Shown here piece by piece: positions 50,670 through 62,030 of a stretch of DNA of 64,000 nt (its first letter is position 1; each line of letters opens with the position of its first letter). The DNA is from a virus (taxonomy: Duplodnaviria > Caudoviricetes), in the IMG/VR virus record IMGVR_UViG_3300028833_000058; one strand, given 5' to 3'. Both the position numbers and the translations under genes were made by a program. The notes beneath the pieces are model-generated. The model did no database searches. It saw only the letters and a program-made list of their open reading frames with translations, and was not told the origin of the DNA.

Positions 50670-53600
50670 TTATACATTGCCATACATATAACTATGTTGT
50701 GCATTACCATCTAGCAGTAGCCGAACTTGTCTTCGTTCTTCTACTGTATTGACATTGTATTTATCACATATTTCACAAAATCTATTGTAGGTCAATCCCT
50801 TAATAGATTTGCAAATAGCTACTACAATGTCAATTTTATCCATTTCATGATTATCCATGTCTTCCTCCTATCTAAAATATTCTCTACTGTCAATGTAAAC
50901 ACTACCTTTTCCATTTGCACAATCTCTTAAAGAAGTTGCGTGAAAAGCAGAACGACTTAAACCAGATAAGAATTCGTGTGTCCCTAACATTCTTTTTGCT
51001 GTTCTTGCGCTAACCTTTTTCCCACGAGAAGTTTCAAAGGTAGTATGTTCAATCACTCTGTCTATTTGGTATATGTCTTTCGTGTCATATCCCCATTCTT
51101 TTAACAGAGAAATATCACTATTCTTTAGATTTTTAATAGTGTCTTTTTGAGTTTCATCATAAGGTTTTATTTCACCTTCCCAAATCATAAAGGTATTCGC
51201 ACAAGGTACAACTGGCTTATCAAATCCTTCTAATTTGAAAACGTCAGCTTCTCCATCGTGAATTTTATAAAACTTATCGTAATCATAAGTTCCTTTATAT
51301 TTATTAAAAGTGTTATCTAAATACACATCTGTTCTTGTGTAGTTTATCGCAGCTCCTTTGATGGTATCTGCAAATTGTCCAAGAACTGTGAATTTGTGTC
51401 CTCTATATTTAAACGTCTTACGCATTGTCGTTCTCCTCTAAAAAAACGCAGTCCATAACTTTATCCATAGCCTGCTCTTTTGTTTCTGTCTTGAAAGAAA
51501 TGTAAACACTATTAGAAGGTTTACCAAAAGCATAAAACCACTTTTCTTTCTCTTCATCAACTGCTGTGTAATATGGAAAGGATTCAACCCAAGCTACAAT
51601 CTTGTTACCAGATTTTAGTAGATATTGCTCTGCACCGTAGTCTGTAACTCTTTTAACCCATTTAAGATTAGCCATAGTTTTACTCCTGTTGAAATGTTAC
51701 AAATGTTATATCATATTTTATCTTTAAGGTAAAGTCAGATTCTTACAATTAATTCTTACTCCTTTCTACTTCATCTAAATAAATATCTTCATCACAAGGG
51801 ATAAGGATTAGTATGTTATCTACTTTACTAAAGGATACAATATTATCTAAAGTTCCATATCCATTTCGTTCACTATCTCTAGACATTACAACGGCCATAT
51901 CGCCATATAGCTTTTTAACCTTTTGTAATTTCTTGATAACTTGTGAAATTGTCATAGTCTGTTTCATAGTGTATCTCCTTTATAGAGTTAGTAAATCTAA
52001 TCTATCTTCTGCTAATACCAATAACCATGAATAATCATCGTCTGATATAATCTTTTGAGCAGTTTTATGTTTCCTGATATATTCTAGTAGTTCAGAATAA
52101 CTATCAAATTGTTTTTTACCAAGTTGTTCTGTTATGTCTTTGAATATTAAATCAAATATAACAACATCCATAACATCCATAATATCACATTTAACATTAT
52201 TGTTAAACTCAGGTTGAACAAGTATAGTTCTTATTGTTCCATCACAGTTATCTCTGATTATAAAACAATGCTGCCCTTCTTGTTCTTTTAACTCTTCATC
52301 CAAGTAAAGTTCTTTCCAAGTAGATGAAAAGTTTTCAACAATCTCATCATAAGGTGGCACTGTTGTTTCTTCTACCGAATAGTTTGCTGCATTAATTAAA
52401 TCGTTAATGCTAACTTTTACTTCTTTCATGGTATACCTCCTGTTGAGTTTTAGTCATAAAAAAACGGCACCTTAATAACAAATGCCGTTTCTCTGGTTAA
52501 TTTGGATTAGTATATATCTCCTCTTTCCCATCTCCTTTTAAAGTCCTCGTTAGCTTTCTTCTTATCAACAGGTGGTACTGGATACAAACCAGTTCTGTCT
52601 TGAAGTACGCTAATCTGTTTCAGTGTTAATCCAGTTCTCATTTTGACATAAGCTAAGTCGTGATAATAGATATTTGAACAACATCTAATGTAACGAGCTT
52701 CGTCTTTTGGTGATATTCCCCACTTATCACAAACGTTCTCTGGCTTTATAACCATTGCGTCAAGTTCTTCTGCAAGCTTTTTCTTTCTTGCTCTAGCTTC
52801 CCTTGACTTTTGGTTTTGGTATAATCTTTTAGCTTCTGCTTTAGCGTCTGCCTTTGGTGTTCCGATTCTACCATGCCGTTGATTTGGATTTGGATTCAGT
52901 TGCTTTCCCATAATCATTTTCCCTTTCATATATAACTTTTTTGTTACCCACGAAAGAAAGTTTATTATGGAAAAGTTAATAAGTGGTAAATAAATTACAG
53001 TTTTTCACAAGTTTTTTATTTTTTCTTTAATTCCAAATAGTTAAGATATTGTTGATAAGGGAAAGACAACCAACTTGAAGTTATGTTATCTCTGCCCGCT
53101 AACTCAATGATATACTCAACTCTTAAATCATCACCATCAAAAGTTATGTCTGTGCAATCTATATGTATTTCCTCCTCGTTAAGTTTGATTGCTAAAATCT
53201 CTATAATGACGTTTTTAAACTTTTGATAGTCATTAAGTGTTTGTTCAAGTTCATTTCTATTCATCATCATCCTCCTCGTCTTCATCTATATCTTCTTCAA
53301 TGAGTTCAACTTCCTCATCTTCATCACGTTCAGTATCACTATGAATACTCATATTCCAATCTGTAATTTCATCACGAAGATTGTTTTCAGCGTGGTCAAG
53401 TATTCCGCCAAAGTTATCTAAAACAATATCTTCGGCTTTACTATCATCTTCAGCAATAACATCAACTGTTCCTGTGAAGATAAGTTTTACTGGCACCCTA
53501 TATTTATTCATTGTCGTTCTCCTTCGAGATGTTAATCTTCATCACTGCAAGTCTTTTTACCTTGCATAAGTTCACCAAGTATTTTGCAATACCTTTCTCT

Positions 53601-55031
53601 TTCGCTACCTTCAGAACAGGTCATAGCTTCAAGGTATTTCTTTACAGCAACCTCTCTTTCTAATTTCTCTGTCTTATTGTAGCAAGTAATTGTTACAATG
53701 TCTTTAGTCATCGTTCAATACTCCAAAGCGTTTGATTTCTTCATCTGTCATACCGATAACGTTTTTCCAAAAATACTCACGTTCTTCTTTGGATTCGTTA
53801 TCCTTGAGTTCAAAGAGATATCCAATGCACCCGTCAAGTAACTCCTGTAATCTTTTCTTTGTCATAGCTTTCTCCTGTTGAAATGTTAAAGTTAAATATA
53901 TTATACATAGTCATAAATAAAAGTAAATTCAAATTCTTACAATTAATATTCCTCCTTAAAACGTTCTAGTTTCGTTATATGAAAGAAAATAGTCAACATA
54001 CTTTTTGAATTCTTCTAAAGTCATATCGTATTCTCTAGCATAATCTTCTAACTCTTCTTCACTAACATAAGGTTGGTCACATATAAAATCAGGAAAGTGT
54101 CCACATTCATAACAATCTTTCCATTCTTTTATAGCTTGACGTTTTAATTTAGCATCAGTCCATTTAGCCATCGTTTACCTTCCTTTCAGTGTTTAATGGT
54201 ATGTAAACATATTCCATTTGTTCTTGCGGTTTGTATTGAAATTCACTTGTATATTTCTTTTGTAAAAAAGCTTTCTTTAAAGTATCAGCTATTCTTTTTA
54301 ATTTTCGCTTAATGTTTTTATGCATTACTCACCTCTTTTGATTTCATTTGACAAACTTTGTTTAAGATACTCTGTGCCAAGTTTTATAATCTCTGCAGAG
54401 TTCTGACCAGCTTCTTGTAGCTGTTGGTTCTCTACAATATACGGTGCAGCTATAATAAACGCTAACTGCTTTTGATTAGGAATAAACGTTATAATTAAAG
54501 AAAGTATACAACCAAGAATAAAAGATAATTTAATTGCTCTAAAATCTGACTCTTTATCTTCATCTTCATCTTTTTCTTTAATTAACGTATTTTCATCTTC
54601 AGCAGTTGCGATAAAACCAATCACAGCAAACAGAAATAAAAACGCTATTACAACGCCAAGCAGTGTTTTAATGTTAGGTAGCATAGCAAACAAATAGTAT
54701 TTCATTGTTCATCTCCTTAAAAAACGTTCTTGTTAAACCATTTAGATATATTATATACAATCATAAATAAAAGTAAATTCAAAACCTTACAATTAATCTC
54801 CCTCCTTTATTAACCATTAGGCCAACGTTTTACTTTCTTTTTATCAGTATCATCTGTTATACATTCTACCGATACAACCTTAGAGCTTTCGTCAAGTTCC
54901 TCTTCAGTTTCAGGTAAATATCCACCGTCTTCAATTTCACGTTTAGCTTCTGCTTTTGAATTAGCCATTATGGTGTAGGTTAATTCAACTTGTTTTGTAA
55001 CAACTTCTGTTACTTTATACATTTTAGTCAT
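50670..55031 (-). CDS. run of small, mostly acidic early hypothetical genes (incl. 59-aa ORF 53532..53711 absent from the track and membrane protein 54325..54705)
   Basis: strong RBSs; early promoters at 51728, 53922, 54772. Confidence 0.6.
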
Positions 55032-55207
55032 TGGTTATCTCCTTTCAGTATTTGTAAAATTCATCATAAATTTCTTCCCAAGATTTACCATCTCTTTTGG
55101 CCTTAGCGATAGCTTTATCTCTAGATGTGCGAAGACCACTATACACAAACCAATGTGCAAAGACTATCGCAAAAATAATTTTTAGTATTATCATTGTCTA
55201 CCTCCTT

Positions 55208-55579
55208 TCAAAGTAGATTTTTCATTTTGTATAACACAACTAAATTTTCTAATTCAGATTTAGGAAACAAAACCTCGTTGTAATAACTATCGGATTCTGT
55301 AAATCCTAAACTTTTGAAATAACTTAATAATTTCTTTACTATTTTAAAGCGATTACTACCTTTGGCTTGTGTTACTCCAAATCTGTAAAATTTACAACCA
55401 TCTGGAGATACTGTATACATCTCAAAACGAAATCTTGATGTTCTATCAAGAAATCCAAGCTGCATAGAATCTCTAAAAATCGCTTTTAAGATGTCTGTTG
55501 GTAAGACAAACTGTTCACCATTCATTTTAGCTGAAATTTCTTCATCACTCCAAATCTCATCTAGTTTTATCTTCATCAC
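55208..55579 (-). CDS. hypothetical protein with C-terminal LYKM motif
   Basis: coupled to 55576; ends LENLVVLYKMKNLL. Confidence 0.6.
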   Translation of the reverse strand: MMKIKLDEIWSDEEISAKMNGEQFVLPTDILKAIFRDSMQLGFLDRTSRFRFEMYTVSPDGCKFYRFGVTQAKGSNRFKIVKKLLSYFKSLGFTESDSYYNEVLFPKSELENLVVLYKMKNLL

Positions 55580-56349
55580 TCATCTCCTTTCACTGCTATA
55601 TCATCAGGAAGTTCAATATACAACTTACCATAAGTAGTTTTTGTTACCTTTAACCCTAATGCTTCCAACTCTCCTTTCATATCTTCACATCTCTTTTCGT
55701 TTTCACTTTTCGGTAACATATATTCTGCAAAGTCAACTTGATATACACAACTCTCTGAATATATCCAAGGTGTCTTGTTATACTTTTCGCAGACAGCTTT
55801 GATTTGATTTCCAAAAAGCTGTTCTAACAACTGACCTTTTTTCTTTTCAAGGTCTAATTGTTTCTCTCGTTCAGTTAATTTGGTAATCTCCTGAATGTCA
55901 TCTAAACGAATAAGTATTTGTTTTAACGCAATGTTATCTATACTCATATCAGGTAAAGCTGAATTGTAAAAAGATTCTATCAGGTTCCCCATACTTTCAT
56001 ATTTGGTTCCTGTAAGAAGTTGAAGTTCATTTACCAAACGGCGCATATTGTAATAGTCACCCGTATCAAGTATATAATCACCATCATTGTTCATTGTGAT
56101 TTGCCAAAAAGAAGTGTTATCAAACCATTCAATAACTTTCCGTGTGCAGAACATTCTATAGATATAAGGCAATTTACACACTTTTGATATACCACGCCAT
56201 CTACTTTGTCTACTTGTATACACAGCTTCAAGACCACCGTTTGTATTGTAGTAAAGATAAAAAGGCTTTTTATATCTGTATATCCTAACACCTTGTTGAT
56301 TAAAAACAAGTTCAGGCTTAATCTTCATTTCATCAATTTGAGCTTTCAT
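55576..56349 (-). CDS. PELxF family paralogue A
   Basis: KIKPELVFNQQGVRIYRYKKP...YIYR...LLEQLFGNQIKA...LEALGL. Confidence 0.75.
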   Translation of the reverse strand: MKAQIDEMKIKPELVFNQQGVRIYRYKKPFYLYYNTNGGLEAVYTSRQSRWRGISKVCKLPYIYRMFCTRKVIEWFDNTSFWQITMNNDGDYILDTGDYYNMRRLVNELQLLTGTKYESMGNLIESFYNSALPDMSIDNIALKQILIRLDDIQEITKLTEREKQLDLEKKKGQLLEQLFGNQIKAVCEKYNKTPWIYSESCVYQVDFAEYMLPKSENEKRCEDMKGELEALGLKVTKTTYGKLYIELPDDIAVKGDE

Positions 56350-57169
56350 CTCTGTTCTCCTTTACAATGTCTTCTTTAAGTCTAATGTTTCTTACAAGCG
56401 TTAAACGACAAATACTCTTTTTAATCTCATTTTCGTCAATCTCACCAGTAAACCCTAGTTCGTCTAACTCTTTCATTAAAGTATCTTCAATGAGTTTATG
56501 AGCAAAATTATATATAGCAATGTTAATATCACCTCTAGTGTAATATCCTGTGCTCAAATATGTTTTACCATTATCAAACTCTGAAGTAACTAATCCGTGT
56601 TTATTAGCTATATTATTGATTGCATTATAAAAATAAGTATTTATAAACTTATCTTTATTTTGTTTAAGTTGTTCCTCCTTTTCTGTATCAGTAAAATCAA
56701 AAAGTTCTACGAATTTACTTGTGTCGTAAAACTCTCTGCCACCTCCATCAGTTTTAACTGTAGCGTTACGATAGTTTATAACATCACCTTGAACGAATAC
56801 AAATTTACTGAGGTCATAGCCTGTTACTCTTTGTATAGTATCAAATGCAAACTCTCTTATACTGAGTTTACCTTCATACCAAGTAGAATAAATACCTTTC
56901 TCTAGATATTTATTCTTTACTTCGTTTTTGACTATTTCATTTACTCTATCTATTAAGTCTTTGCTCATAACTAATCTGTAGATATAATCACAGGTGAATA
57001 CTCTAGGCTCATAATACTTCCTGTCACGTCTGCTTATAGTAGTATCTTCAATGTGCTTATCTTGATTAGTATAGATATAATGTAACTTCTTATATCTAAA
57101 GATTCTTAAACCGTTATTGTTAAACATTAATTCAGGTTTAATTTTCTCCTCGTTTAGTATTGCTTTCAT
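56333..57169 (-). CDS. PELxF family paralogue B
   Basis: start 57169 after AAGGAG; KIKPELMFNNNGLRIFRYKK...YIYR...LDELGF. Confidence 0.75.
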   Translation of the reverse strand: MKAILNEEKIKPELMFNNNGLRIFRYKKLHYIYTNQDKHIEDTTISRRDRKYYEPRVFTCDYIYRLVMSKDLIDRVNEIVKNEVKNKYLEKGIYSTWYEGKLSIREFAFDTIQRVTGYDLSKFVFVQGDVINYRNATVKTDGGGREFYDTSKFVELFDFTDTEKEEQLKQNKDKFINTYFYNAINNIANKHGLVTSEFDNGKTYLSTGYYTRGDINIAIYNFAHKLIEDTLMKELDELGFTGEIDENEIKKSICRLTLVRNIRLKEDIVKENRDESSN

Positions 57170-57884
57170 CGGCTTTCTCCTTTTCAAATAAGTCGTCTCT
57201 AGCTTTGATGGAATAAATGGTATCAGTAAAAGCGGTTTTGATATCAAACATACTAACTTTAGTATCAAAGCCTAAATCATTTAGGTCTTTGACGATTGTA
57301 TTGTTGATAAGTTTTTCAATCTCTTTGGTAAAAAAGTTATCACCATAACACCAGCTAACTAAAGCTGAACCCTTTTGAAATCCCTTAAATTCAAAACCAT
57401 ACTTTTCAGCAAGAGCTCTAAAAGTATTGCCGAATAAACCTTCTAGAAGTTTATCCTTATTAGCAGTTCTTTGCCTCTGAAGTTCAAGGTTAGTCAACCC
57501 AGTGTCATCGTGATAATCTGATTCTTTGTAATAGGCTAAAGAATGTACAACATCTGAAAACTTACCCCAGTCAGTAAACGTTATGTCATCATCACGCCAT
57601 AAATGTTTCAAATCTCTAACCTTTTGTCCAGTAACTTTTTCAATGTTATATTCATCTGTGTTATCGTGTAAGTTATCCATACCTTCTTTACTTATACATA
57701 TTCTGTAGATATAATCAGAACAACCTCTGCGTGAATATCTAAACAAATCATTTCTTTTAGTTGAAGTTTTTACTAAACCACCCCAAGCGAAATACCCAAA
57801 GTGTGGATACTTATATCTATAGAGCCTTATACCTTTAATGTCAAATATCAGTTCAGGCTCAATGTTCTGTATCGTTACTTTCAT
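57138..57884 (-). CDS. PELxF family paralogue C
   Basis: IEPELIFDIKGIRLYRYKYP...YIYR...LLEGLFGN...LNDLGF. Confidence 0.75.
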   Translation of the reverse strand: MKVTIQNIEPELIFDIKGIRLYRYKYPHFGYFAWGGLVKTSTKRNDLFRYSRRGCSDYIYRICISKEGMDNLHDNTDEYNIEKVTGQKVRDLKHLWRDDDITFTDWGKFSDVVHSLAYYKESDYHDDTGLTNLELQRQRTANKDKLLEGLFGNTFRALAEKYGFEFKGFQKGSALVSWCYGDNFFTKEIEKLINNTIVKDLNDLGFDTKVSMFDIKTAFTDTIYSIKARDDLFEKEKADESNTKRGEN

Positions 57885-58055
57885 TAGCTTTCTCCTTCTG
57901 CTCTTTAATATATTTCACTAAAGCCAATACGCTTTCGTGAAGGTTCTTATTGAGTTCAGCTTGTTCAAGAAGTTGTTTTTTAGTTTCAAGCATATAATCT
58001 TCAAACTGTTTTTCAATTTTCTTGATTTTGTCCAACAATCTCAATTCATTTGTGC

Positions 58056-58673
58056 TTAACATCGTAGGTCTCCTAAGAAGTCATAATCTTGTTTAATGTA
58101 ATCATACACCGTGCCAAAGTCATACTCATATATTTTACAGAGCATACTTATTTCGTCTTTTCTAGGTTTCTGTTCAAGACATACACGCATAGCTCTGAAC
58201 AACTGAAACATCTTCTTGTTGTCCTTATACTTTTTACGTAACTCTTTATCAATACAAGTAGAGTAAGCGTTTTTAATTCGTATTATGTCTTTAGATTTTA
58301 GAGCATTAGCAAAGTCATCAACTAATGATTCAACATCACCAGTTTCTTTGCCTTCGCTATCTCTCATTTCTACACGGTGATACATAGGCATACAGTTCCA
58401 ACGATTGAAACACACACCATGACGAAAAACTCTAGGTTGTTCATAAGTTCCGTCTTCAAAAGGTAAAGACTTTAAACTAACATCAAACGCTGTATAAACG
58501 TGTCTATTAGTTGTAACAGACCAGCCATTCCAAAGTCTTATGTATTTTCCTTCAGGTGTCATTTTAACTACATCAGTTGAATAGGACTGAAGTATTTTAG
58601 TTCCGTCACTATATGTCTTTACCCAAGCTTCCATATAGTTAACACGTTTTTTAGATACTAATTCAGCAGTCAT
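58056..58673 (-). CDS. hypothetical protein
   Basis: LQSYSTDV...WSVTTNRH motif; AAGGAG RBS. Confidence 0.6.
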   Translation of the reverse strand: MTAELVSKKRVNYMEAWVKTYSDGTKILQSYSTDVVKMTPEGKYIRLWNGWSVTTNRHVYTAFDVSLKSLPFEDGTYEQPRVFRHGVCFNRWNCMPMYHRVEMRDSEGKETGDVESLVDDFANALKSKDIIRIKNAYSTCIDKELRKKYKDNKKMFQLFRAMRVCLEQKPRKDEISMLCKIYEYDFGTVYDYIKQDYDFLGDLRC

Positions 58674-59433
58674 TGTCGTTCTCCTTCATTAACAAATCAT
58701 CGCCAAGTTCAATGTTTATCATAGGTATCTTGATTGTATATTTATGATACCTATTTTCACATGTAGTTGCCTTAAGACCCAAATCTGTAAACTTCTCTAT
58801 TACATTTTGTATATGTTCATTTATAATCTCTTGTATATCATCACCATCTAAATAGATACGTTTTTTATCCATCCAATGGGCTACATGCATTTTGCTATCT
58901 TTTGTAATAGCTTCTATTTGCTTTCCAAAGAGTTGTTCTACTATTTTCCGTTTTGAGCTTTCCTGTTGTAGCATTTTCTCCTTTTCACTGATAGTTATTA
59001 TTTCTTTCATATCACTTTTAAGAAATATAACTTTGTTAATGTTAATGTTTTGTTTTGTGTCATTTTCAAATTCAAAGCTACCATAACGCTCTGAAATATA
59101 ATCAGCTTTAAACGTGGTCAACATCTCAAGTTGAGAAAGAAGTGTAACCTCATCATTTATACTGACTTTACCGTTAGACCATTTTGTTATGCAATTAGTT
59201 TTTTCAAGCTCATTAATAACACAATCGTCTAAATGTATTCTGTAAAAACAAGACACTTTAAACAATCTATCTGTAGTTTTAGTTCTTGGTACCCTAGTCT
59301 TATATGTATAAAACCAGTCGTTGTTATAAAAATACAGGTATAACGGTTGGTTATACCTGTATACTTCTATACCATTTTGATTAAACACAAGTTCGGATTT
59401 AATCTTTTGTTCGTCAATCTTTATAGTGGACAT
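58663..59433 (-). CDS. PELxF family paralogue D
   Basis: KIKSELVFNQNGIEVYRYNQP...FYR...VEQLFGKQIEA...FTDLGL. Confidence 0.75.
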   Translation of the reverse strand: MSTIKIDEQKIKSELVFNQNGIEVYRYNQPLYLYFYNNDWFYTYKTRVPRTKTTDRLFKVSCFYRIHLDDCVINELEKTNCITKWSNGKVSINDEVTLLSQLEMLTTFKADYISERYGSFEFENDTKQNININKVIFLKSDMKEIITISEKEKMLQQESSKRKIVEQLFGKQIEAITKDSKMHVAHWMDKKRIYLDGDDIQEIINEHIQNVIEKFTDLGLKATTCENRYHKYTIKIPMINIELGDDLLMKENDNDC

Positions 59434-59444
59434 TTGATTCTCCT

Positions 59445-60854
59445 TTAGTCATCATCCTCATAATCAAAGCGGTCAGCCTTGATAAGTTTCGGTGGTATGA
59501 AATTCTTGTTGTTCAACACTAACCATACACATTTACAATAGTCAAAACGTGTTGTTGTGTCGTTATGCAATCTATCTTCAAAGTCACTGAATACTATAAG
59601 CGTATCAGGTCTTTCACTTCCATAATGTTTCTTTACCCATTCAAAGTTAGATGAAATGTCAGTTCCACCATAACTATTGAGCTTAAAGTCACCAATGATA
59701 TTTCTACTCCTTTCAGTGTAGGTGACTAATGTATCTTCGTGGACTTGAGTTGAGAAACACCAAGCGTCTATCTTGAATTGCTTAAACTGTGAAGCAATAG
59801 ATAACAAGTGATTCATAAAGCAGTTTAATTGTTTATCTGATATAGAGCCAGACGTATCAATAGCAACCGCAACCTTCAATATTTTTCTCTTGTCAGGACT
59901 TGGTAATATAAGACCTCTATATACACCAGACCTAGCAGGTTTCTTCCAAGTGAAGTCAGCTTTAGCAAAGGACTTGATATACTTTCTTAAAGCCTGTCGC
60001 CAATTAAATCTTACAGGTTTCAATACAAAGTTCTTTAATCTCTCTAAAGCAGTTGAGTTAGATGAATAGCCAGATTCACTTAAAGCAGTTTCTATTTGTG
60101 CTTTTAAGTCACTCATTTCCATTTCATTCAACTCAACTGGCATATGCTTATCAAGTTCAATTTGTCCTTTACCTTTTCCATTACCATCTCCATCTTCAGG
60201 CTTACCTTTACCGTTAGCCTTACCTTTACCATCACCTCCTTTAGATTTCTCTTTTGAATCGGAGTCAGTTTTGGAATTTTCGCCGTTACTTCCTTTGTCC
60301 AACATATCTTTCAAGGACTCTACAAGTTGTTGCATTTCGTCTATATTATCTTTAGACTGTTCAAGTAACTCTTTGTAGATTTCTTCAGCTGTCTTATTGA
60401 TATACTTGTCATCATACAATACCCATTCAGGTTTCCTACCAATAGGACTTGAAGTTCCATTGTTTTTATTGTTATACAGCAGACTATTGATTTCATAGTC
60501 AGTTGCTATATTCCAAAGTTCGTTTAGACATTGACCTTTAATAGAAGTATCTTTGAAGTCTATACCAAGTGCTTTACCTCTATCCCAAGTTAAGCCAAGG
60601 ATATGACTTAACTCGTGGGCAATAATAAAAGTCATTTGCTTTTTATCAATAGGGGTTTTAGCATATTGTTTGTTCTGCTCTTCAACACCAAACTCATTTA
60701 TGAAGATACATTTACCATCTGTCCAAGCACAATATGGCAAACTTGTATCATTAACCACCTTGTAACCAATTCTAGCTACAAGGTGGGCATATACTGGACA
60801 ATTAAACATCATATCAATTATGCTATTGTCCACCAATTCTCGTACATTAGACAT
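59445..60854 (-). CDS. DUF2201-type metallopeptidase-like/VWA protein (pair 2)
   Basis: AWTDG, AHELSH, NIATDYEIN, G/K-rich linker, IDTSGSI, GGTD, FSDF. Confidence 0.88.
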   Translation of the reverse strand: MSNVRELVDNSIIDMMFNCPVYAHLVARIGYKVVNDTSLPYCAWTDGKCIFINEFGVEEQNKQYAKTPIDKKQMTFIIAHELSHILGLTWDRGKALGIDFKDTSIKGQCLNELWNIATDYEINSLLYNNKNNGTSSPIGRKPEWVLYDDKYINKTAEEIYKELLEQSKDNIDEMQQLVESLKDMLDKGSNGENSKTDSDSKEKSKGGDGKGKANGKGKPEDGDGNGKGKGQIELDKHMPVELNEMEMSDLKAQIETALSESGYSSNSTALERLKNFVLKPVRFNWRQALRKYIKSFAKADFTWKKPARSGVYRGLILPSPDKRKILKVAVAIDTSGSISDKQLNCFMNHLLSIASQFKQFKIDAWCFSTQVHEDTLVTYTERSRNIIGDFKLNSYGGTDISSNFEWVKKHYGSERPDTLIVFSDFEDRLHNDTTTRFDYCKCVWLVLNNKNFIPPKLIKADRFDYEDDD

Positions 60855-60867
60855 TGTTTTGTTCTCC

Positions 60868-62019
60868 TTAGCCTAATACAGCAGTTGCTACAAGGCTTAA
60901 TAAGTCTTTAGCGTCTGCATTTAAGTTGAATAAGTCAGGACGTTTGACTAACCTTGGTGAGTTGCACAAACGAGTTATATTCATAGCCTTGTTAGGATTA
61001 CTACTTAAAGCTCTAGTTGCCTTGATAAAGTTCAAGACATACTTTCTAACTTTAGTATCATCAGGCTCTTTGTTAATGGCTTGCATACAGTTAAGTTGTA
61101 CACACCAGAAAGCCATTTCATCCTCATTCTTAAAGTTCTCACCTTTCTCAAGAATAGATTGCCAAGATTGATATTTCTCACTATCCTTGATGAAGTTAAA
61201 TAATCTTGAGGATAGAGCTAACCCTAATCTACCTGTGGCATAGTATTGTTTTTCCAACATTGAGAAGTTAGGTAAGGCTATCAATTTCTCAATGACTTCC
61301 CAAGAACGTGGTGTAGGTATAATGTCTGTAAAAACACCATCTTCATCAACACTACTACCAATTCTGTCCTCAAAGGCTTTGGTATCAAACAATAATGAGC
61401 TATCCTGTGTTTTAAGGAAAGCTAATACCATAGGATTACCATCGTGAGCCATTCTGTAATTAAACCAACTGTCAAAGTCAGGTTTAACGTTAAAGTGACT
61501 AAACCTATTACAAAGAGGTAAGCTCAATTCTGTAACAGTTGAGTTATAGCAACTAGGATTAGCCGCTGCTACGATTACATACCCATCAGGTACTTTATAA
61601 TCGCCTAACGCTCTATCTTGAATCAACTGGAAAGCTGCGTTCAAGATTGAAGGTTGACCTTGATTTATTTCATCAAGTAGTATTGTGCCACCCTCATAAG
61701 TGTCATCAGGCCACATAGACGGAACAGCCCAAACTGTTTTGTCCTTGCCATCAATTCTAACTGGGATAGGAATACCAACCATATCCACAGGCTCTTTCAT
61801 TGACAACCGAACATCACAAACTTTCGGGTTCCAGTTCTTATGTTTGGCAACCTGTTCTTGATTCCATTGATAAACACCTTGGGATTTACCAATACCAGGT
61901 GCACCGTGAAACATAACTGAATCTTTCAAAGCTAAAGCCATATCAAGGATTCCTTTCATCCCAGGAATCTTCTCACCATCTTTAGTTTTGTTATCAATCG
62001 TAATCTGTTGTACCAACAT
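60868..62019 (-). CDS. MoxR-like AAA+ ATPase (pair 2)
   Basis: GAPGIGKS, DVRLS, LLDEINQ, LCNRF, TPRSW. Confidence 0.9.
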   Translation of the reverse strand: MLVQQITIDNKTKDGEKIPGMKGILDMALALKDSVMFHGAPGIGKSQGVYQWNQEQVAKHKNWNPKVCDVRLSMKEPVDMVGIPIPVRIDGKDKTVWAVPSMWPDDTYEGGTILLDEINQGQPSILNAAFQLIQDRALGDYKVPDGYVIVAAANPSCYNSTVTELSLPLCNRFSHFNVKPDFDSWFNYRMAHDGNPMVLAFLKTQDSSLLFDTKAFEDRIGSSVDEDGVFTDIIPTPRSWEVIEKLIALPNFSMLEKQYYATGRLGLALSSRLFNFIKDSEKYQSWQSILEKGENFKNEDEMAFWCVQLNCMQAINKEPDDTKVRKYVLNFIKATRALSSNPNKAMNITRLCNSPRLVKRPDLFNLNADAKDLLSLVATAVLG

Positions 62020-62030
62020 GGTAGTTCTCC

